In this document: positions 50,041 through 58,622 of the stretch, one piece after another | How positions within the stretch are numbered: the stretch's first letter is position 1 | How the letters are laid out: each line of letters begins with the position of its first letter | Assembly (NCBI GenBank): GCA_964392925.1 | Contig: CAYMRP010000001.1 | Location: forward strand, 51,945 to 115,944 | DNA from: an uncultured Gammaproteobacteria bacterium | GTDB taxonomy: Bacteria; Patescibacteriota; Microgenomatia; Daviesbacterales; UBA10151 | Reading direction: 5' to 3' | DNA: 64,000 nucleotides | Program-made: the position numbers and the translations under genes | The notes under the pieces: model-generated | The model's input: only the letters and a program-made list of their open reading frames with translations | Databases searched by the model: none | What the model was told of the DNA's origin: nothing

Positions 50041-50927
50041 TTTTGTTTAACAAATTTCTTATCTCTATCAAAGAAATAAAGTGTTTTCTTTCCGTAATAA
50101 GAAGCGAATGACCCATATGTGCTGTTTGATCCAATAATTAAATCGCACATTGATAGCGCAAATAAATCTTGGATAACCTGTCCCGGGCCGTGAACAACAT
50201 CCAAATCTTTAAATAAACTAAATTCTATCAACCCATCAGAGAATATAACAAATCTTGTTTTACTTGTTTCAAAACGTCTAACTTTAATAAAGTATTTTAA
50301 GATTTCATAAACCTCTTTTGGGGAAAAGTACAGCGAACCACCTAAGAAAATTTTATAATCTCCCTGGCGGATATGAACTCCAATCAACTTTTTACCACCC
50401 TTACGATTGTCTGAAATAAATTTTTCTACAATCTTTATTATCTCTTTCTTCGGAGTAAGAAATTGTGTGATCTCCGTATGATACTTATCAATCCCGACCG
50501 GATTTCTGAAATTCCATCCCTCCGTGTAGACTCGGTTAATTGTGGAATTTTCAATATTCTTCAAAGCATTCTGCTGTTCTCTATTTCGCACTTTTGAAGG
50601 CGGCAGCAGAAAAACTTCAGAAGGGTCTTCCTTAAGTAGAGCGCCCTTCCAGAAAAAAGGAATAGCAGTCGTTAAAAACTTATACAATAAATAAGTAATC
50701 GCATGTGACTTGTAAAAATTTAAATCTTTTATAAATCCGAAAAATGCTGAATAAAATCTAGGATTTGGCAAATTGAAATATTTGTCATACTCATAAAATG
50801 AATAATTAATCAGATGATAATTTTTCTCCAAACAAAAAGCGTACATACTGCTATACAAAATCAACTGATTTCCTAGTCTACCGCCATTGTGTCTTAAGAT
50901 TACGACTTCTTTTTTCGGATTGCTCAT
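50028..50927 (-). CDS. Alpha-1,2-fucosyltransferase (GT11 family)
   Basis: 299 aa with the GT11 motifs RHNGGRLGNQLILYSSMYAF and GVHIRQGDY. Confidence 0.7.
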   Translation of the reverse strand: MSNPKKEVVILRHNGGRLGNQLILYSSMYAFCLEKNYHLINYSFYEYDKYFNLPNPRFYSAFFGFIKDLNFYKSHAITYLLYKFLTTAIPFFWKGALLKEDPSEVFLLPPSKVRNREQQNALKNIENSTINRVYTEGWNFRNPVGIDKYHTEITQFLTPKKEIIKIVEKFISDNRKGGKKLIGVHIRQGDYKIFLGGSLYFSPKEVYEILKYFIKVRRFETSKTRFVIFSDGLIEFSLFKDLDVVHGPGQVIQDLFALSMCDLIIGSNSTYGSFASYYGKKTLYFFDRDKKFVKQNQIF

Positions 50928-50986
50928 TACTGTAATTATATCCTGATAACCCTAACAACAAAAAGCTGTATAATCAAAAAATCTTA

Positions 50987-53134
50987 ATGAAAAAAATAAT
51001 TATTACTTTCTTTATTTTTCTATTCTCTTTTCTTTCAGTTTTTTCATCAGGTGTTATTGATTCAATTGATGGTTTTCTTTATCTCGGTGTGGCCAGAAAT
51101 ATTTATTACGAAGGTGAGCCAGTCGCGCCGGAATATAAATACAATACCAGACAAAATATTCATTTAAACGTTTATAAAGGTAAAGATGGTAAAACTTACA
51201 GTCTGACTGGTTTAGGCTATTCATTGGCAATGATGCCAGCTGTTTTATTAACCGATATTATATATAAGTTTTATGATGTTTCTCCTCCGATTAACTTTCC
51301 CTTAGAAAACGATTGGTTAATTCTTTTAACCGCCAGTTTCACTAATGTTTTCTTTGGTGCAATGTTGGGTACTATTTTATTGATCTACTTTGGGTTACTG
51401 GGTCTAAATAAGAGATCATCAATTCTCTTAAGTCTTATTTCAATTTTTACCACCAATCTTTTTCCTTACACCAAACATTCAATGGCTCACATGATGTTTA
51501 TCGCCTTCTTGATGCTATCTTTTTTAATGTTCAAACTTCATTCTCAAAGTAAGAAAAGAGTTCAATTAATAATCGCCGGTGCTTCATTTGGTGTTGTTTG
51601 TCTGACGTATAACGCCACTTTCGGATTGGCAGCCATACCTTTAATTGTTTATTATTTCTTACTCAATCAGCCAAGAAAAAAACTGACTTATCTTAAAACA
51701 GTTATTTCAGATATCGGTCTTTTTATAATCGGTGTATTACCTCTGCTGGCAATTTATATTTGGTTTGAAAACGTTAGGGCGCTTGATTATTACAATGGAG
51801 CTGTCGATATAGCTAGTGTCGGCTTTACTTATATAACCTACACACTTCCGGTGTCTGTATTTATCGAAGGCATTTATGGGCAGTTGTTTAGTCCTGGAAG
51901 AAGTATTTTTCTCTACAGTCCATTGCTCATGTTACCCATACTTTTTTGGCATAAAATAAAAAAGAATTTTTATCCAGAAGCAATAATTTTTGTTTTATAT
52001 TCGATAATTTTAATTTGCTTTTATGCTAAAGCCTACAGTGTCGGAAGCAGTGAACAGGGAGTCGCAGCTTTGTGGCATGGAGAATCGAGTTGGGGACCAA
52101 GGTACCTAACCCCAATAATTCCTTTGGGAATGCTGGTGGTGGCTGGAATTTACAAGAAAATTTCCCGTAAAGCGCACATCTTTGTTTTTTATCCGCTTGT
52201 CGGAGCCGGTATCTTTGTTCAGATGCTTGGTGTATTAATGCCATATCAAACTAAATTTGCCGGACTACAGCCTAATTTCTTTCTAAACGGCACTGAATAT
52301 ACCTCCTATGCATATTCAAACCTCCTTCCCCGCTATATGCCAATTCTTGCCCAATCCAGAAACTTATTTAAATTAGTTAAAAATTTTCCTCAAACATTTC
52401 TAACAGGACCAAATGATCTCCGCTTTATGGATGGCGTAGATTTTCCTTTTTTTGTCGGTAACGAGAGGTGGCGGACAATAGAAAGTAATGGCTATATAAC
52501 TTTTAACAATTCTGAGGAAGTAAAAAAAATATCTTTAGGTCTGGCCAATCATCCTTTGGAGGAAGGTTCCGATTCTGCTCAGATTATGGTTTTTTTAAAT
52601 GGAGAAAAATTATTACCTAGTGAAATTATAATTCCTATTTCTGAGAGAAAACTACTTGAGTTAAATATCCCCAACTCTCTTAAAGATAGTAACAACCAAT
52701 TAATTATTGCAAATAAATTTGTTTCCAAAGATGGATTAGTTAGCAGCGATTCAATTTTCCTGGATGATCCCTCAAAGTATCAGAATAAAACAGTTACCCC
52801 GGCTAAAAATACTGCCCAAATACTTGGGTTATATTCATTTCAAATAAACGACATTCCCCAAAATCTCGAGTCAATTACAGTTCCTTATGTCTCGGATCTT
52901 GGCCCTAAAATTCTCGGATTTAAATATAATAATTGGGGAGGGGAGAATAAAGATCCCTGGAAAACATGGGATATTCATACTCAAACTTTTGAAAGATTGC
53001 CTGATTTTTGGTGGCTAAGAAATCTATATTATTGGGATATTCCAAAGGCTTGGATTCTCACGGCGTTTTTCCTGAACGTCGTAGTATTAATCTGGTCAGG
53101 AATTAAACTCAGAATATATCTCCGCAAAACTTAA
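50987..53134 (+). CDS. Large membrane protein (715 aa): ArnT-like GT-C membrane domain plus a ~300-aa C-terminal extracytoplasmic domain
   Basis: A first-loop acidic motif (GVIDSIDGFLYLGVARNIYYEGEP) follows TM1. There are about 12 TM segments in the first 420 aa, then a hydrophilic region and a final C-terminal TM segment. Confidence 0.5.
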   Translation: MKKIIITFFIFLFSFLSVFSSGVIDSIDGFLYLGVARNIYYEGEPVAPEYKYNTRQNIHLNVYKGKDGKTYSLTGLGYSLAMMPAVLLTDIIYKFYDVSPPINFPLENDWLILLTASFTNVFFGAMLGTILLIYFGLLGLNKRSSILLSLISIFTTNLFPYTKHSMAHMMFIAFLMLSFLMFKLHSQSKKRVQLIIAGASFGVVCLTYNATFGLAAIPLIVYYFLLNQPRKKLTYLKTVISDIGLFIIGVLPLLAIYIWFENVRALDYYNGAVDIASVGFTYITYTLPVSVFIEGIYGQLFSPGRSIFLYSPLLMLPILFWHKIKKNFYPEAIIFVLYSIILICFYAKAYSVGSSEQGVAALWHGESSWGPRYLTPIIPLGMLVVAGIYKKISRKAHIFVFYPLVGAGIFVQMLGVLMPYQTKFAGLQPNFFLNGTEYTSYAYSNLLPRYMPILAQSRNLFKLVKNFPQTFLTGPNDLRFMDGVDFPFFVGNERWRTIESNGYITFNNSEEVKKISLGLANHPLEEGSDSAQIMVFLNGEKLLPSEIIIPISERKLLELNIPNSLKDSNNQLIIANKFVSKDGLVSSDSIFLDDPSKYQNKTVTPAKNTAQILGLYSFQINDIPQNLESITVPYVSDLGPKILGFKYNNWGGENKDPWKTWDIHTQTFERLPDFWWLRNLYYWDIPKAWILTAFFLNVVVLIWSGIKLRIYLRKT

Positions 53135-53140
53135 TTTAGC

Positions 53141-53875
53141 TCACTTAGTTAATTTGTGATATTCCTCAAATACCTTAGAAGTCTCTCCATCGATAACTAT
53201 TTTCGATTCATTTATTAGAATTGCTCTATCACAAAAACTCTTTATCGAGTGCTCATCATGACTTACAAATACGATCGTTTTCTCCCCCGATGCTTTTATC
53301 TCTTTTAATCTCTTCATGCATTTCTCCTGAAATGCAACATCCCCAACAGCTAAAACTTCATCAATCAAAAGTATCGGCGCATTAGTATTTATTGCAATCG
53401 AAAACCCCAGCCTCATATACATCCCGCTTGAATATTTTTTAACCGGGGTGTGAATAAATTCCTTAAGTTCACTAAATTCTATAATCTCCTCAACTTTCGC
53501 TTCAATCTCTTTTTTATGCATCCCAAGAATTGCAGCATTCAAAAAAATATTTTCATATCCGGATAATTCATAATGAAACCCTGCTCCTAATTCTATTAAA
53601 GGGGCTACTTTTCCTTCAATATTAACTTTCCCCGAAGTGGGAAAAGTAACTCCGGCTATTAGTTTCAAAAGTGTAGATTTACCAGATCCATTTTTACCAA
53701 CAACTCCAACAGTTTCCCCTTGTGCAATTTCAAAACTCATATTTGATAATGCTGTAAACTTTTTTGCCCAAGGCTTACCAGTCAATAAATTAGGTAAAAG
53801 TTCTTTAAAAGTTCTGTCATCCTGCAGATAAAAACTCTTAGTTACATTTTTAAATGATATAGTCGTGTTTCCCAT
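53141..53875 (-). CDS. wzt: ABC transporter ATP-binding protein, polysaccharide export type (Wzt/TagH/KpsT-like, no C-terminal carbohydrate-binding domain)
   Basis: Walker A (GKNGSGKST), ABC signature (YSSGMYMRLGFSIA), Walker B (ILLIDE) and H-loop (VSHD) are all present. I trimmed the start to Met49 (MGNTTISF) at 53875 so that it abuts the wzm stop at 53877. The track ORF extends to 54019. Confidence 0.75.
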   Translation of the reverse strand: MGNTTISFKNVTKSFYLQDDRTFKELLPNLLTGKPWAKKFTALSNMSFEIAQGETVGVVGKNGSGKSTLLKLIAGVTFPTSGKVNIEGKVAPLIELGAGFHYELSGYENIFLNAAILGMHKKEIEAKVEEIIEFSELKEFIHTPVKKYSSGMYMRLGFSIAINTNAPILLIDEVLAVGDVAFQEKCMKRLKEIKASGEKTIVFVSHDEHSIKSFCDRAILINESKIVIDGETSKVFEEYHKLTK

Positions 53876-53876
53876 A

Positions 53877-54656
53877 TTAAACCAAATCTGCAAAAACTCT
53901 CTCCGATCTCTTAAAAGTAATAAACCCAACAACAAAAATAACCAGTGAAAACACAAATGACCAGGCAATAGTCCCCAAATCAAAGCTTTGCCCAAAAAGT
54001 GCCGATCTATAACCTTCAATTATGCCGACCATCGGATTTAACTTATAAATTCCAATCCACTCCGGCGGCACCATTGACAGCGGATAAACCACTGGCGAAA
54101 CATACATCCAAAGCATCAACACTAAATTAGCTAAATATTGAATATCCCGGTAGAACAAATTTGCGGTAGAAAAAATAAATCCGATTCCGGTTATCAACAT
54201 AATTTGAATCCCCAGCAGTGGAATAATCCAAAAAGCACTTGGAGAAATAGAAACCTGATAAAAAATCATAAATACTCCTAAAACAATTGATGCAAAAAAT
54301 AAATCGATTAACTTAGCTGTCACAATCGAGTAAATAAAAACTTCTCTTGGGAAAGCGACCTTTTTCAAAAGTTCCCGATTATCAACCAAAGCTAAAGTTG
54401 AATTAGCAACCACTGTTTGAAGATATATCCAAGGCAATAGTCCTATGAATAAAAATACCGGATAGGGGATACTTGTCGGAAACCTGAAAACAACTGAGAA
54501 AACAAAAGAATAAACTAGTAACTGAAGTAAAGGATTCAAAATAACCCAGGCATATCCAATAATCGACTGCTTATACCTGGCTTTAATTTCTCTCTGGATG
54601 AGTTGATACAACAAATACTTATAAGAAGTAAACGGTAAAAGAAAAGACTTCAGCAT
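53877..54656 (-). CDS. wzm: ABC-2 type polysaccharide exporter permease (Wzm/TagG-like)
   Basis: 259 aa with 6 TM segments. The N-terminal LIQREIKARYKQSIIGYAWVILNPLLQ signature is typical of ABC-2 permeases. Confidence 0.7.
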   Translation of the reverse strand: MLKSFLLPFTSYKYLLYQLIQREIKARYKQSIIGYAWVILNPLLQLLVYSFVFSVVFRFPTSIPYPVFLFIGLLPWIYLQTVVANSTLALVDNRELLKKVAFPREVFIYSIVTAKLIDLFFASIVLGVFMIFYQVSISPSAFWIIPLLGIQIMLITGIGFIFSTANLFYRDIQYLANLVLMLWMYVSPVVYPLSMVPPEWIGIYKLNPMVGIIEGYRSALFGQSFDLGTIAWSFVFSLVIFVVGFITFKRSERVFADLV

Positions 54657-54733
54657 TAACTATTATTATATTGCATACCTGTCCGTTTCACACTAATTTC
54701 ATTTATCCGCAACTTATGGTACTTTATTCGTGA

Positions 54734-55648
54734 ATGCAAAATACTAAGCCAGAAATTGAATTCACCGGTGAACGCATGGTGCCTGAATTAAATCAGGGAA
54801 TGACGCTCTATTACGAGCACCTGCTTCGCTACATGATGGCTTCCCGCTTTGTTAAGAACAAAAAAGTTCTAGATGTAGGCTGCGGAGTCGGCTATGGATC
54901 ATGGATGCTAAAAAAATCTGGAGCCTCCGAGGTCTATGGAATAGATATTTCAAAAGATGCTGTTAGTTACGCTGATAAAAAATTCGCCGAGTCAAAATTA
55001 CAATTTGAGATTGGTGATGGCGAAAATCTTAAAAACTATCAAAGAAATGTTGATGTCATAACCGCTTTTGAGTTCATCGAACATATCCATAACCAAAACG
55101 CATTTCTCAAAGGCGTAAAAGAAAATCTTAAACAAAATGGTCTATTCTTTGTCTCAAGTCCCAATAAAAATACTTATCAAAACCATAATCATTTCCATGT
55201 CAATGAATTAACCCCTGCAAACTTCGAACAGCTTTTGAAAAAATACTTCAAACACGTGCTTATCTTAGATCAGCGATTTTTGTTCACTAATTATATTATT
55301 CCTACTCATTCAAAAAGTGATATTAATCTGGATAAATTACACGACAATTTTGTTAAAGAAAAAATCGAATCAATATTGCCTTTAAATAAAATAGAAGATT
55401 CGCGTTACATGATCGCTATTTGTTCGGATAAAAAGCTCGACTTAAATCAAGAATATTTTTCAATCTCCTCTTATGATGTAGATAAATTTTCTTTAAAACA
55501 CGGCATTGAAGGGCTCTATGAAGACTGGCATTCCCAGTCCCAAGCCTCAGCAAAAGATAAAGAATTATTAAATCAAATCCGCGATTCCTGGTTTTTTAAA
55601 TTATGGGAGTTTTACTGTCTTATTAAAAAAACCTTAAAAGGAAAATGA
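54734..55648 (+). CDS. Class I SAM-dependent methyltransferase (possible glycan chain-terminating/modifying MTase)
   Basis: 304 aa (VLDVGCGVGYGSWML ... ITAFEFIEHI). Confidence 0.6.
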   Translation: MQNTKPEIEFTGERMVPELNQGMTLYYEHLLRYMMASRFVKNKKVLDVGCGVGYGSWMLKKSGASEVYGIDISKDAVSYADKKFAESKLQFEIGDGENLKNYQRNVDVITAFEFIEHIHNQNAFLKGVKENLKQNGLFFVSSPNKNTYQNHNHFHVNELTPANFEQLLKKYFKHVLILDQRFLFTNYIIPTHSKSDINLDKLHDNFVKEKIESILPLNKIEDSRYMIAICSDKKLDLNQEYFSISSYDVDKFSLKHGIEGLYEDWHSQSQASAKDKELLNQIRDSWFFKLWEFYCLIKKTLKGK

Positions 55649-57045
55649 AAAAATCTCAGTTTCCTTTTGTCTCAATAATAATTCTTAATTACTTCGGGGA
55701 GAAAGTCATAAAGAATGTTATTAATTCACTTGTTAATCTAAATTATCCGTCCGGGTCTTTTGAAATAATTGTTGTCGATAATAACTCTCAGGATAAAAGT
55801 TTAGAGATTCTAGAGCAGTTAAAAACAAAACTTCCAAATTTAACAGTTATGCCTCTCAGTAAAAATCTTGGTTTCTCCAGAGGCAATAACGTTGGTATTA
55901 AAGTGGCCAAAGGCGAATATGTAGCACTATTAAATAACGATTGTGTAGTTTCCAAAAACTGGCTCTCGAATCTGGTTAGTACCGCTCAAAAAAATTCAAA
56001 AGTCTTTGCCGTCGCTTCAAAAATTCTTCTCTATCAAAAATATTATGAATTGAACGTCCCCATCTCTTCTGACATAGAGCCTTTTTATTCTTATGTCTCT
56101 AAATCCGCGCTTTATAATTTTGGCGGGAAAAGACTCTATTTCAATTCCTATCTTGAAAATGGTTCTTTACAGGCTCAAATTCCTTATGATCCGGTTTCCG
56201 ATACTCTGCTTGAAATCCAAATGCTGATACATTATAAAAAAAGCCCAACTCGGAAAATTAAAGATATTTTTTCTGGCCTCTCAAAAAGCATCACAGTCAA
56301 GGACTATAAAATCCAAAAGAAAGATATTCTTTTTACTCTTGAGATAGATCTTAAAAGCAAAATCTCGATTGGAAAATCAATCAGTAAAATTCAAAATGCC
56401 GGAATAATTCCCTTTCAAGATGGGTATGCCAGAGACATAGGGGCTATAGTCCGCGATAGAACCCAATACTATGAATATGACGAGGGTCAGTTTGATAAAG
56501 AAACAGAAGTTTATGCTTTTTGCGGAGCTGCTGTTTTGTTAAGCAAGGAGGGTCTGGATAAAATTGGACTGCTTGATGAGACCTTTTTTATGTACTATGA
56601 AGACGTTGAGATTTCTGAGCGCGCCCGTTTAAATGGCTACCAAATCATCTATAGTCCAAAAGCAGAGGTCCGGCATATTCATGCCCTTTCCAGTAAAGAA
56701 GGTAGTAAATTTTTTATCTACCAGGTTGAAAAGGGAAGATTACTGCACGTTTTCTATAATTTCCCTTCAAGAGTTTTTATCCGTCAATACGTCACCACTA
56801 TATTTATAGTTATTTATGGTCTTATGAATATCCTAATGAGTCTCAAATATTTGAAAGCGATCTATAAAGATAAAAGCCAAGATAAGCCAAATTTTGGTCG
56901 TACTTTTCAATTGTTAAGGGTAAGCATGTATTTTCTGATAAATTTGCCTTATTTAATTTTAAAAAGATATAAAAAGAAATCTAATAAAAATATTATAGAG
57001 AATAATTACCAGCAAATAACTAGCGGAAAGTGGTATTTTAATTAA
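55645..57045 (+). CDS. Family 2 glycosyltransferase (466 aa, with C-terminal membrane-associated extension)
   Basis: FVSIIILNYFGEKVIKNVINSL ... VVDNNSQDKS ... LNNDC. The C-terminal region has hydrophobic segments. Confidence 0.7.
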   Translation: MKKSQFPFVSIIILNYFGEKVIKNVINSLVNLNYPSGSFEIIVVDNNSQDKSLEILEQLKTKLPNLTVMPLSKNLGFSRGNNVGIKVAKGEYVALLNNDCVVSKNWLSNLVSTAQKNSKVFAVASKILLYQKYYELNVPISSDIEPFYSYVSKSALYNFGGKRLYFNSYLENGSLQAQIPYDPVSDTLLEIQMLIHYKKSPTRKIKDIFSGLSKSITVKDYKIQKKDILFTLEIDLKSKISIGKSISKIQNAGIIPFQDGYARDIGAIVRDRTQYYEYDEGQFDKETEVYAFCGAAVLLSKEGLDKIGLLDETFFMYYEDVEISERARLNGYQIIYSPKAEVRHIHALSSKEGSKFFIYQVEKGRLLHVFYNFPSRVFIRQYVTTIFIVIYGLMNILMSLKYLKAIYKDKSQDKPNFGRTFQLLRVSMYFLINLPYLILKRYKKKSNKNIIENNYQQITSGKWYFN

Positions 57046-58622
57046 TGAAAAAAGCAGTAGTTTATGATAGGTGGCTTCAAACACTCGGTGGCGGAGAAGT
57101 GGTTGCTTGCAATATAGCCAGAATCCTTAAGCAGTCAGGTTATGATGTGCTGTTAGTTAGTGGTAAAAAAGTCACAAAGGAAACAATCTACGAAAAGCTC
57201 CACATTGATGTATCTGGCATAGAATTTGTTGAAATTTGGAATGATGAATATGCATTAAAAAAACTCACCCAGGGCAAGGATTTGTTTATTAACATTTCTT
57301 TTATGGATTATTCCCGGGGGTTTGCCAAAAAGAATTTATACTATGTAAACTTTCCCACTAAACCCTATGTTACTTTTAAAGGCTTAGTTTTTTCGTTAAC
57401 TGCACCTTTTGTGGCCGGCTTCATTAAGCCAATAGAATCAATGAGTACAACAGATGCTCCTGTAATAATCAGAGGCCGCCCTGCCTATCTACTAGAAAAT
57501 ACTAATAGATATGCGATTTATAATCTTCAGTTAGGTAAAACTCAAACTATCGAATTCAGTCTTCTTATCGAGAATTTTAGTAAAACCCAACTTAAAAATA
57601 TATCACTGACACTCGATAATGCCGAACTCTTAAATACTTGGACAGCAGTTTTCCACGAAAGTAATATTCTCACTTATATACTTAGATTTACTCCAAAATC
57701 CAACACCGTCTACTTAAATATTATGATCGGGGATTTTGGTAAAAAAACTTTTGAATTAGAGCAGGGACGAATCTATTTGCTTTATCCAAAAATTGAATTG
57801 AAAAAAATTTCGACATTCTTATTTAGTGATTTTCTAAATAAATTTCAAATCAGAATGAGAGCTGGAATATTTGTAAATATTCTCGGTCGCCTAAGGAGCT
57901 ATCAATCCATTCTTACCTATTCATCATTCGCTCAAAAGTGGATAAAAAGATATTGGGGTAGAAATTCTGTAATCATCGCCCCTCCGGTCTCGTTTATCTT
58001 CGATGATTACGATCTATCAAAGTATAAAAAGAAAAATTGGATTTGTTCAGTCGGTAGATTCTTCACTTTGGGACATGGGAAAAAACAGGAAATAATGATC
58101 GAGGCTTTTAAGAAAATTTATGATCAGGGTTATAAAGATTGGGAGCTTCATCTTGCAGGAGGCTTAGGTAATGAGCCTTCCAGTATTGAATTTTTCCAAT
58201 ATTTAAAAGATCAATCCGAAGGATATCCAGTTTATTTCCATGTAAATGTCTCCAGAAAAGAAATCGAAGAAATTTACCTGAATTCCAAAATATACTGGCA
58301 CGCTACTGGGTTTGATGAAAATGAAAATTATCAGCCTGTAAGGTTTGAGCATTTTGGAATATCTCCAATAGAAGCCGTTAGTGCCGGTTGTATACCAATC
58401 CTTTATCGCGGCGGCGGCTTACCGGAAATAATTAATCAACTGGAATTAAATCCTGATGATTATTTATTTGGAAATACCAAGTCGCTCATTGCTTTAACAA
58501 TATCTCAAATTGAGAAAAAGACTGAGCCTTTAGACTGGAAAAAAATCTTTAAAATATTAAATAACTCTTACTCGAAAGCCGTCTTTAAGACGAAATTCTT
58601 AAAACTAATTAATTCCCTTTAA
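57045..58622 (+). CDS. Family 4 glycosyltransferase (GT-B; 525 aa)
   Basis: The C-terminal GT4 motif reads EHFGISPIEAVSAGCIPILYRGGGLPEI. The start overlaps the upstream stop as ATGA. Confidence 0.65.
   Translation: MKKAVVYDRWLQTLGGGEVVACNIARILKQSGYDVLLVSGKKVTKETIYEKLHIDVSGIEFVEIWNDEYALKKLTQGKDLFINISFMDYSRGFAKKNLYYVNFPTKPYVTFKGLVFSLTAPFVAGFIKPIESMSTTDAPVIIRGRPAYLLENTNRYAIYNLQLGKTQTIEFSLLIENFSKTQLKNISLTLDNAELLNTWTAVFHESNILTYILRFTPKSNTVYLNIMIGDFGKKTFELEQGRIYLLYPKIELKKISTFLFSDFLNKFQIRMRAGIFVNILGRLRSYQSILTYSSFAQKWIKRYWGRNSVIIAPPVSFIFDDYDLSKYKKKNWICSVGRFFTLGHGKKQEIMIEAFKKIYDQGYKDWELHLAGGLGNEPSSIEFFQYLKDQSEGYPVYFHVNVSRKEIEEIYLNSKIYWHATGFDENENYQPVRFEHFGISPIEAVSAGCIPILYRGGGLPEIINQLELNPDDYLFGNTKSLIALTISQIEKKTEPLDWKKIFKILNNSYSKAVFKTKFLKLINSL

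Noticed and set aside
53876-54019. A 48-codon N-terminal extension of the Wzt ABC ATPase ORF (MKVIDRHFLGK...) that overlaps the wzm gene.
   Set aside because: The extension is hydrophobic and nonsense-like, and it would overlap 143 nt of the upstream permease. Met49 (MGNTTISFKNV) gives a canonical ABC ATPase N-terminus and sits 1 nt after the wzm stop. I trimmed the start accordingly.
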